A DNA stretch of 64,000 bases from Eukaryota sp. GEM-RC1 (lineage: Eukaryota). The DNA lies in contig JAUFOQ010000017.1 in the NCBI GenBank assembly GCA_040285855.1, positions 496,001-560,000 of the forward strand, read 5' to 3'. Both the position numbers and the translations under genes were made by a program. Numbering within the stretch: the first letter of the stretch is position 1; every line of letters begins with the position of its first letter. This document shows, one piece after another, positions 25,629 through 34,388 of this stretch. The notes beneath the pieces are model-generated. The model did no database searches. It saw nothing but the letters and a program-made list of their open reading frames with translations, and had not been told where the DNA came from.

Positions 25629-26645
25629 TATAAGAGATTATTTGCAACAATAAATTAATAAATACTAATTCAGAAAATGAAAGAAGTTAAATTCTCCACA
25701 TCAACACGAGAATTGTCCCTATACAACTTCGAATAAATGGAACATAAATATTTGGGAATGCTTCTATAAAGAGCGAACATAATTCGATTAATCCATACAG
25801 CGCTATTAAACACCTTGCCATTAGAACGACATAAAAGACTAAAATCACTGAAAAACTTTAAACCGGCTGGACCAATATTACCAATTAGCAGTGAGTGCCT
25901 TTTATGAGGACAAAGCTGTTGTAAGGTTTGATAGCGACGGGTGTTGTTTTAATGACATCAAATTTTAGTTGTTTGATTTATAACATTTATAATTTCCAGA
26001 TGACCATTCGAATCATTCAATATGGAGTCTTGGTAGACTTTTGCAAACTGGTCAACTGTAGTAAAATCAACCACAACTTGAGATGAATCCAGGAAAGGAG
26101 CAAGTAAGTCACCACGCCGAGAATCAAACACGTTATTGTCACTATAATGTTTCAGAAGAGGTTCAATTTTACAACTATAATTGTAGGATTTGAACATTTC
26201 ATAAGTAACGTCACGAACAGTGCTATGTAGAACAGATCGAAATTGCAAAAATTTCTTACAACTAATAACATGACGAAATGTGGCTGCAGATCGGTCATCG
26301 CAAACACAGATAGAATTCTTTAGCAAACCACTAGGGAATAAACCTAATCGAAGACGCATAGTTTGCTTCCAAGCATCATTGTTCAAATGTAAACCAAAAG
26401 GTCTAGGTTGTTGAGTGATGAAGCCAGAACATTGTTGAATGTCACATAAAACAGCTGCAAAGACGGGATTATCAATCTTAGTCACACCAAGTCTTGTACT
26501 AAAATCCAAGTCTTCCAACCCAAGTAATGTTGCATTCTGTAACATAACTACAGCAAGAGGTAGAAATTCAATTGACCGATCAGGAATAGATGAAACACTT
26601 ATCGGGAAACTTTTGTTCCAAACTTCAATAGGCAAACCTAACCTT
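25629..26645 (-). mobile_element. Truncated CRE-like (RLE) non-LTR retrotransposon, divergent family B
   Basis: MRLRLGLFP, CVC...HVISC, HSTVRD, IEPLL, RRGD and VVVDFTTVD motifs; ends approximate (possible imperfect TSD tttttaagRaata). Confidence 0.8.
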
Positions 26646-26961
26646 TTTTTAAGAAATAATTTTAATAAGTAACAATATCAGTCTAGGTGATTTCTTTGAT
26701 GGACTCACTATCATTCAACGATTGTGTTTAAATAATCCTTCGAAAATACCATACAACAATTTTGTTCAAGAACATCGAAACTGGTCTGGTTTGAATCACA
26801 AGTAGTGTGATCATAGAAGACAGGCCAGTGTGATCACGTGTGTTTGTGATCCACAAGTTTGATTAGATTGCTTTGATTTACGATCGATCAAGTGGTTTTT
26901 GAATAAGAACTATATAAACCTAAACCAAACTTGTCAAACAAGTAATGTTTTAGCTTATCAT

Positions 26962-27095
26962 GAGAACGGCTAAGAGTGTGACAGAATTTGAATTTGGAAT
27001 TTCAGATTTCTTTTGGAGAATGGCTAAGAGTGTGATAGAATTTGAATTTGGAATTTCAGATTTCTTATGCATGTGACAGAATTTGAATTTCAGAC
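26962..27095 (+). repeat. ~54-bp tandem duplication plus a partial third unit rich in GAATTT
   Basis: GAGAAYGGCTAAGAGTGTGAYAGAATTTGAATTTGGAATTTCAGATTTCTT occurs twice, followed by TGTGACAGAATTTGAATTTCAGA. Confidence 0.85.
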
Positions 27096-28267
27096 CATGA
27101 ATTACAATTCATTCAAATTTTACAATTCAAAAGTTCACTAGTTACTTCAGATTGCGTTTAAAGATGTTGAAAGATCAGATTTTGTATCGACCCAGACATG
27201 AAGCCTTACAGTATATTAATCCTTTTAACTCTGTCACCCACTTTGAGAATGTTAAGTTTATTGAGGAAGTTTCTAAAGATTTTGATGATGATTTCAGTAT
27301 GTTAATATTTGACCAGATTAATTCTCTTGTGGCTGATAAAATTCCAGAATTACTTCACAGATTTAATATCTTATTTCCTACTTCAATCACTACAAACGAC
27401 AATGAAACTGTAGACGTCTGTTATTTACTTTCCACAGTTCAGGAGTATCCACTTCATTTCTAAGAAATTCTCTTCACATCTCAGATTACTTGGAATCAAA
27501 GGGTGCTAAGTTGTATAATGTAATTCTCGTAAGCTGGGAGAATACTCCTTGCTTTTTCCCAATAGATACTAGAACTTTTTGGGGACTGGCTAAGCACTGT
27601 TTTGGATATAGGAATAATGATAAGAAAAGTGGACCTTTACATTAAAAAGTGAAAAATTTTATGAGTAATGACCAGATCACCAAAATGACCCATTCTCAAC
27701 AACAAGATTACTGGAAAAGATGGTTTAACTGTGATGACAGAACTTGTCACGAAGCCAATTTTGAATTCAACAACTACTAGTAGTAATATGCTGTAACTGA
27801 TGGAATTTCTTTTTGTTTTCAATTTTTGTGAAAGGATCTGAAAGCAATGAAATATAAACCTGATTCAAGTAAAGCTTCAGTTAAAGTCCAATACTTCAAC
27901 GAATGTGATAGGTCTGATTTTATTTCTAAACAAATGGTCTATGTTGACATTGGAAAGAGAGATGCGCTACAACTTGCATCAAAATCAAATAGGGAAACTC
28001 AAAATCCTCTAAAAAAATACAACTTCTTACGATTGACGTATGCTGAGTGGTCTAGAGTTTCAAGAAAGCATAAAGGAATCCACCAGTATCTTGTCAGAAA
28101 GAGATCTGGTACTAGTCCCTCAGGTCAGACAAAGACTATTGAGGAATGGAACACTTGGTTAGGTGAAGATCAGAATTCTAAGACAGTCAACTACAATAAA
28201 TTTAGAGAATTTATGCTGAATAAATGCATTCACCACAATACAACTAAAGACTTCTATGCTTTGCATA

Positions 28268-28623
28268 CAGTGTTCGAAATGTGTCGGACACGTTCGGACA
28301 TGTGTTTCACACGTTCGTTTTGTTTTTGGACACGTGTGCACCTTTTGTTCTCAAAAAGTAGAGGTACTTTATTTTGTCACTAGTTACTACATACAAGACA
28401 AGGGTTCTATATCACATCGTCCTCTGAGTCTTCAACGTCAGTTACATCGTTAATGTCATCTTCATTAGAATTTGTTGAGAGCCAGTCATCTTGGAATGAG
28501 GGGAGAGTGAGAAATCTTTGAAAGGACGGAAATGTTGAATTCACACCGTTCGGACACGTGTGCGGTTCGGAAACGGTTTTCACACGTTCGTTTTCTGAAT
28601 GACACATGTGTTTTCGAACACTG
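28268..28623. mobile_element. hAT-type MITE inserted in the Fanzor ORF
   Basis: TIR CAGTGTTCGAAA / TTTCGAACACTG; exact 8-bp TSD tttgcata (28260-28267, 28624-28631); subterminal GACACGT-like repeats. Confidence 0.92.
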
Positions 28624-28898
28624 TTTGCATATATGGAGGATTCACAAAATCCAAAATCATGTCCATAAGCAAAATTCAGAGTCTAAATTAATTAACCGCA
28701 TTGTAAAAACTTTTGGTAAGCATGACAAAATCGTATTATGTAATGGTGATTTAGGTCAGAAGCCGATGGCCAACTTAAAACACAGTCCACCATCGAGAAC
28801 TAAGACTTGGACTTCATTCTTTCAGAGAAACGGTTTTTTAACAGTGATGAATGATGAGAGAAACACTTCGTCCAAGTGTCCAGAATGTCATGAAAATG

Positions 28899-29661
28899 TA
28901 GGGGTGTACAAGACTCGAGTCGGACTCGAGTCGGACTCAGCTATTGTAAGTCTGAGTCTGAGTCCGACTCACCGTATCTGAGTCTGAGTCTGAGTCGAAC
29001 TCAACTAGTCTGAGTCTGAGTCTGAGTCCGACTCACCATATCTGAGTCTGAGTCTGAGTCCCACTCATAATATCTGAGTCTGAGTCTGAGCTTGAGTTTC
29101 ACATCATAAACAATCTTAATTAAGTACATTATTAACCATTATTATTCTACTGTCCACCGCTTATGACAGACACATGCTTCAACATTTAAATCTGTTAGAC
29201 GTAATCTGTCAGGAGTCACAACTCTTCCAGCCTGTGAAAAAAGAGACTCAGAAGCTACATTAGAGGCTTGAACTGATAGTGCAATTCGCGATGTTCTTGC
29301 AAGTGTAGGGAACTTTGATTCATTAAGTTTCCACTATATCAAAGGATCTTGGTCCATTTCAATAAGTCCATCACTGAGATAGATATCAAGTTCATCTAAC
29401 TCAGTTGATTGTTCTTCGTTACGAACACATACTTTTTTTTCTTGCAAGATCTTTCATTAGAGATTTTATTATTAATAAGATAATTTTATATGAAATACCT
29501 GAGTCTGAGTCGGACTTAAGGATTGTGAGTCTGAGTCTGAGTCGGACTTAAGGATTGTGAGTCTGAGTCTGAGTCTGCCTCGGGGGTTGTGAGTCTGAGC
29601 CTAAGTCTGAGTCTAGACTCAGCTCGAGTCTAAACTTGAGTCGAGTTTTTGTACACCCCTA
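28899..29661 (-). mobile_element. Internally deleted hAT transposon inserted in the Fanzor zinc-finger region
   Basis: TIR TAGGGGTGTACAA / TTGTACACCCCTA; 8-bp TSD tgaaaatg (28891-28898, 29662-29669); (TCTGAG)n subterminal arrays; minus strand encodes a hAT dimerization domain remnant (ELDIYL...DPLI*WK.NE.KFPTLA...QASNVASESLFSQAG.VVT..R.RL). Confidence 0.95.
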
Positions 29662-29899
29662 TGAAAATGTGTTTGAAACTTCTATTGAGGTTGTCAACCC
29701 AAAGCCCAAATCAAGAGAGAAGAAAGAATGGATTCATCCACATGGCTTACTAAAGTGTAAGAGCAAACATTGTCTGGGAGAAGTCAAGAAGCCATTGAAG
29801 GGGGGAAAAGAAAAGGGCACACAGTGCCCATCCAAACGTATTGCAATCGTAACGAGATGGCTTGTTTGAACATGATGAACATGTTCGAACACTGGATGA

Positions 29900-29995
29900 A
29901 AGGAAGTGATGAGAGAGTGGAGTATCTGAGTAGTAATTAGCTTCATATATTTTTGTTAGCTGGCTGGTGAAACCCCGCCATATTTGGTTAAGTCC
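29900..29995 (+). ncRNA. Candidate Fanzor omegaRNA scaffold / element right end
   Basis: Directly 3' of the Fanzor stop (29940); GC-rich hairpin TGGCTGGTGAAACCCCGCCA (29961-29980) in AT-rich DNA; boundaries are inferred. Confidence 0.4.
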
Positions 29996-30193
29996 ATGAA
30001 TCATAAAGATCAACCTAAAAACATCTTTATGCAAGAAACAATGTAATGTAATGTACATATTGTGTGTGTAACTTTGTTGTGATTGAGTCAACACACAGAA
30101 GTTGCACTTAAAAGAAAATAACTTGAAATGCCATCGACTATTGGTGCAAAAACACAACAAGAACAACCTAGAAAAACTCAAAATACACATAAT

Positions 30194-31711
30194 TTAGACA
30201 GAATATACTTTGAAAATTTGAGCGTTCCAAGCTTCGATCACTGCGATAAACTCTCCCGATCTAACATCTTTTCCACTCCAATCCCAATAATTACCTGTCA
30301 AAACATCATAAAACCGAATAGTCTCACCAGCAATATCAAGAGAAATCTTACCACTACCACTATTATCCGAATAATTGACAACAACTAATACTAAATCACT
30401 ATCCAAAGTCCACTTCCACGACAACAGTCTCCAGCAATCACTAGTTCCTTGAACTGCAACGGGAGAAAACTTCCCAGTCTTAAATATGGAAAGATCTGAA
30501 GTCAAGTAGTTGTTATACCATTGACTTACAGCTTTATCAACAGCCTCACTTGCAGATCTTCGAAGGTGGACGTCGAGTCTGTTTCGCTTTCCTTCCCATT
30601 GACCGTGATGATGGAACTTAAGACCTGGTAAAGTAAATGAGACCAACGCAGCTCCTATTGATCTAGTGGCAGATCCAAAGCTTACCACAGCTCGTTCCTC
30701 ATCATGATTCTCTACAAAGTGAGCAAAGTGAATCATGTGAGACTTGCGACCCCACACGAGTCCCCTAATATTATCCAAATCTCCACTCTTCAAAGCTTCG
30801 TACATACCATCCTTATCATAAACAGAGTCAAACCCAAGGCCCAGAAGTTCTTCTTCCTTGTACCAGTACTGTTCAGCAAGGAAAAGACAATCAGGGAACT
30901 GTTTCTTAACTTCTTTGATGGCACTTTCCCAAAACTCAACTCTAGGTTTGGAATAGCCTAAATCCTTCATGTGATTACCCCACGTCATTTCGATCACGTC
31001 ATTGAGAAGGAGCATGGCCATATCAACTCTAATGCCATCAGCATATGAAGCCACAGTAAGAAGATTCTGTATTTGAAGCTTGATGGTTTCCTGATCCCAG
31101 TAATTAAGCTGAGCAGTATCAGTCCAAGCTCCAGAGTAAGGGTCCTTTCCATAGGCAACACCATTACGGAGGTACTCAGAGGAAGGGCAGTCCCAACCAG
31201 GGGGACATCTGATGAAGTATCTGAGGTTGGACATGAAGATGGTATCCGTGGCCATGTGGTTGGGAACGAAGTCAAGCATTAAACGGAGGCCGAACTTGCG
31301 CAGGCGGTATCTAAAGCGAGTAAGAGCACCGTTTCCTCCAATTACAGAGTTTGTAGAGTAGTTTACAACAGCGTAAGGAGAACCAATGACATCGTCCATG
31401 GTGAAATCTGGGAGAAGTCTCTTGAATCCATTGATTAGACCAGGGTCAGTGCGATCGTGGAGAAGACCGCTAGGACCGAGTTGCCAAACTCCCATCATGT
31501 AGACCATATCCATGTTCATGTTTGCGATTACCTGGATCTCAGCATCAGGAACATCGTCAAGAGAGTGGATGGAACGTTGGTACTTCTGAGAAAGCTCATA
31601 CAGCCAAGGACGGGTAGAAATCTCATAAACAGCTCCGTTTATGGTAGAAGGGGATTTAAAATGAGCTAGGGCGAGTGACAAAATAGTGAGAAGAGTGAAA
31701 AGCCAGAACAT
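30194..31711 (-). CDS. Secreted GH13 alpha-amylase family glycosidase (prokaryote-like)
   Basis: Signal peptide MFWLFTLLTILSLALA; GSPY, LMLDFVPNH, DGIRVDMA, FLAE and FVENHDE catalytic motifs; intronless. Confidence 0.9.
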   Translation of the reverse strand: MFWLFTLLTILSLALAHFKSPSTINGAVYEISTRPWLYELSQKYQRSIHSLDDVPDAEIQVIANMNMDMVYMMGVWQLGPSGLLHDRTDPGLINGFKRLLPDFTMDDVIGSPYAVVNYSTNSVIGGNGALTRFRYRLRKFGLRLMLDFVPNHMATDTIFMSNLRYFIRCPPGWDCPSSEYLRNGVAYGKDPYSGAWTDTAQLNYWDQETIKLQIQNLLTVASYADGIRVDMAMLLLNDVIEMTWGNHMKDLGYSKPRVEFWESAIKEVKKQFPDCLFLAEQYWYKEEELLGLGFDSVYDKDGMYEALKSGDLDNIRGLVWGRKSHMIHFAHFVENHDEERAVVSFGSATRSIGAALVSFTLPGLKFHHHGQWEGKRNRLDVHLRRSASEAVDKAVSQWYNNYLTSDLSIFKTGKFSPVAVQGTSDCWRLLSWKWTLDSDLVLVVVNYSDNSGSGKISLDIAGETIRFYDVLTGNYWDWSGKDVRSGEFIAVIEAWNAQIFKVYSV

Positions 31712-32319
31712 TGAGGAAAATTGATGAGCTATTGGCAATTGGCTCCACATCATCTATCGCCAGATTCTAGTTCATCTATCCACTCATATAACACACAACG
31801 AAGAAGGACATTTATTAGCAGAAGTTATAAGTTTTACAAGCCTCAGCGATGCATTTCTGGAAAGAACATCTGCCGTATATGTAAGCGTAACAGGCAGCAT
31901 TGCATTGTTGATGGTATTTTGATAATAATTAATAGCAAAACATGCCGCAGAATTCTGGTGTCCTAGAAGGTTTGAACTTTTGGAGCTTTGACTTACAATC
32001 GGAGCAACTGGAATTTATGGATGAAGACTCAGCAGTAGCTAGAGAGAAGAGAAGAATCAACGATAAAAGGAATGCATAAACTCAAGAAAATAGCTCAAGA
32101 GTGACCTGAAAGACCAACTTGAACAAAATAACACGCGTGTGGAAACAACATTTTTACCCAACACAATAAATGTTGGAGATTGTTCTATTTCACTTGTTCT
32201 ATTTCGATACTGCCGAGTTCCAGCTTACATTCAACCACATGCTACTGATACTGTTAGCAGCAATAAAGTATTGTATTGGACTAAAACAATGAACATCGAA
32301 CTGAATGTCTACATGTAAA

Positions 32320-32590
32320 GGAAAATTGAGCCGTTAAGAAGTGTATTTTGTCATATAATATATTTGATCGAGTAGTCCTGCTGGTGATCAATTTTTCAAG
32401 GATTTCGAAGAACTGTGTAAAGAAAAAAAGCTTAAGATTAGAATGGCTGACGGTTAATGTTGAAAAACGTAATCTTTTACCGGGTGGTGATGAAGTTGTT
32501 TGAATTAATCTTAGTATTATTTGTTTGTTTTCACAATTTCGTAGTTTTGTAAGAAGGTTACTTTATTGGGTATCGAATAAAGCTATATAT
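32320..32590 (+). mobile_element. Degenerate CRE-like retrotransposon 3' remnant
   Basis: Translations KIEPL and SPAGDQFFKDFEELCKEK resemble KIEPLL and GPAAQGFLTSFGKLCSEYGK of family A. Confidence 0.4.
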
Positions 32591-32712
32591 ATAATATCTT
32601 GGGTAATGACTGTGTAAAAAAAGATTTCCAGATTAATGAACTACTTTTAATAAATGCAGAAGGAACAACTCTTGAAACCATTCATTTATTACGATGACTA
32701 GATACATGATGG

Positions 32713-33057
32713 CTACGCATCATACTGAACATCATAAGTCATGTCATCATAAAAAGAATCATACGGATTCCTTGGTTCCTCCATTTGTTGAGTTGTTAAA
32801 TTGAAATCACCTCCTTTAGGCCCAGCTCGTTGATGTTTAGCCAACTGTCTTGGACCCAGCATTTTATAGGAGATCTCATCAGCATCTTTAAATCTTAGGA
32901 TTTCGCGAGTGTCTTCAGAGTAGAAGCACCCATTCTTCCCAGAAGTACCCATACTGTGAGGTAATGGTTCATTCGGGCCAAATCTTAACCAAGGACCAAT
33001 GTGCTCAGTTCCAGATTTCTCAAACTTACGGAAACGGCGGCGATCAGTATCAGACAT
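32713..33057 (-). CDS. Hypothetical protein
   Basis: 114-aa ATG ORF with coding-like composition; no family recognised. Confidence 0.5.
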   Translation of the reverse strand: MSDTDRRRFRKFEKSGTEHIGPWLRFGPNEPLPHSMGTSGKNGCFYSEDTREILRFKDADEISYKMLGPRQLAKHQRAGPKGGDFNLTTQQMEEPRNPYDSFYDDMTYDVQYDA

Positions 33058-33124
33058 TGAGTATTGTAGAGAATATGAAGCAAGATAACAGGAATTACTA
33101 ACACATCATTGAAAGGATATCAGT

Positions 33125-33466
33125 TCAGAGTTTTGTAAAACTAATGACATCAAAGGTCACCCTACGGACTTGGTCATACTGTGACTGTTGTAGGTCTTGA
33201 AGCAATTCTAAAGCCATTCGTCGGATGTTGAATGAAGATATGGGATCCGGAAGTACAACTTTCAGAACTTCAGCAGCCTCTAAGAAGCAGGATGGCTCAT
33301 TGAGTGATCTGATTTCATTACAAACAAAGCGATGACGTTGATCATCAGAAAGTGCTGCATAGATCGTTAAAACATCTTTACGATTCTTAAAAACAACAGC
33401 ATGTAACTCGTTGTGTAATCGATGTTCAAAGAGACAAACTGATTCTGGGAGAAAAGTGGAGGACAT
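33125..33466 (-). CDS. Hypothetical protein, divergent from UNG
   Basis: 113-aa ATG ORF, 40 bp head-to-head with UNG. Confidence 0.5.
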   Translation of the reverse strand: MSSTFLPESVCLFEHRLHNELHAVVFKNRKDVLTIYAALSDDQRHRFVCNEIRSLNEPSCFLEAAEVLKVVLPDPISSFNIRRMALELLQDLQQSQYDQVRRVTFDVISFTKL

Positions 33467-33506
33467 GTGTTAGTGGTAGGTCTTAGTCCAATGACTACTA
33501 GTAGAA

Positions 33507-34352
33507 ATGTCTTCTTCGATCCAAATTCCAGATAATTGGCCTGGGGAATTGCTAGACTTCATTATTGCTCAGGAGGATTATGAGAACTTCCTAACACCTA
33601 TAAGGGAAGAGATGCTTCCTCCACTTGACTTGACTTTTGCTGCATTGAAGTATACATCTCCAGAACATGCCAAAGTACTAGTCCTTGGATTAGATCCTTA
33701 TCCCAGGAAAGAATCTGCATGTGGAATAGCCTTTCATGATGCTTCTGTTACTTCTTGGAACGACAAGTTTGCTCCCTCCCTACGTAACATCTTACTAAAC
33801 CTCTTTTCTCACACACATTCTCTCCCCACTAACACCAAAATACAACAACTTCGTGCCTTCCTTTCCTCAATAGATTTCTCTTCACCTAATGACTGGTTTG
33901 AACACTCATCTAGTCAGGGTGTGATTTGGCTTAACTCTGCACTCACTTATTCTCCACGGTTGAAGCAAGATTCGTATAAAACACATTCAGTTTTTTGGAA
34001 ACCAATCATTTTATTTATAGTGAAGCTCATTATGAAGGCCAAAATACGTGCGTTTTTGACCAATTCGCCGTTTTCTCCCGGCGTTGTAATTGTTCTATGG
34101 GGAAAACATGCTCAAAGTTATGGTAATGATTTTATTCAATGTAAGATAAAAGCACTTGAGGAATTGGCAATGGAATTTCCAAATTTAAAAATTGGTGAAA
34201 ATTGCGGAAATGAATTGCAAATTGTTGAAGCTCCTCATCCTTGCTTTGTGCCGTTTCACAAAGTGAATAGTTTTGAAAAAATTGAATTTTGTCAAGAACT
34301 ATTAGGTCAGCGAAAAATTGAGTGGATCAAAACAAATTCAAAAACACAATAA
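33507..34352 (+). CDS. UNG: Family-1 uracil-DNA glycosylase (divergent)
   Basis: KVLVLGLDPYP, G.AF, PSLRNI, QGVIWLNSALT, VLWGKHAQ and APHP motifs. Confidence 0.88.
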   Translation: MSSSIQIPDNWPGELLDFIIAQEDYENFLTPIREEMLPPLDLTFAALKYTSPEHAKVLVLGLDPYPRKESACGIAFHDASVTSWNDKFAPSLRNILLNLFSHTHSLPTNTKIQQLRAFLSSIDFSSPNDWFEHSSSQGVIWLNSALTYSPRLKQDSYKTHSVFWKPIILFIVKLIMKAKIRAFLTNSPFSPGVVIVLWGKHAQSYGNDFIQCKIKALEELAMEFPNLKIGENCGNELQIVEAPHPCFVPFHKVNSFEKIEFCQELLGQRKIEWIKTNSKTQ

Positions 34353-34388
34353 TTTAAATTTTTTGACCCATTCTAAATTAGAGAATTG

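Larger units (their letters stand above)
27152..29940 (+). pseudogene. Fanzor1 (eukaryotic TnpB-like RNA-guided RuvC nuclease), interrupted by two hAT insertions, stops and frameshifts
   Basis: Motifs in the expected order: LESKGAKLYN...PCFFPIDT, TDGIS, RuvC-I VYVDIG, SESKLINRIVKTFG...GD, DE.NTSSKCPEC, HGLLKC....C, NR(N)EMACLNM...RVEYL; removing each insertion plus one TSD copy restores the frame. Confidence 0.88.

Noticed and set aside
26962..27095. Tandem 54-bp repeats as a guide array for the Fanzor
   Set aside because: Only about 2.5 units with no spacers, upstream rather than downstream of the ORF; more likely a local duplication or a MITE end remnant.
28914..29645. (TCTGAG)n arrays as a CRISPR-like array or telomeric repeat
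   Set aside because: They are subterminal repeats inside a hAT element with TIRs and an 8-bp TSD, and there are no unique spacers of regular length.
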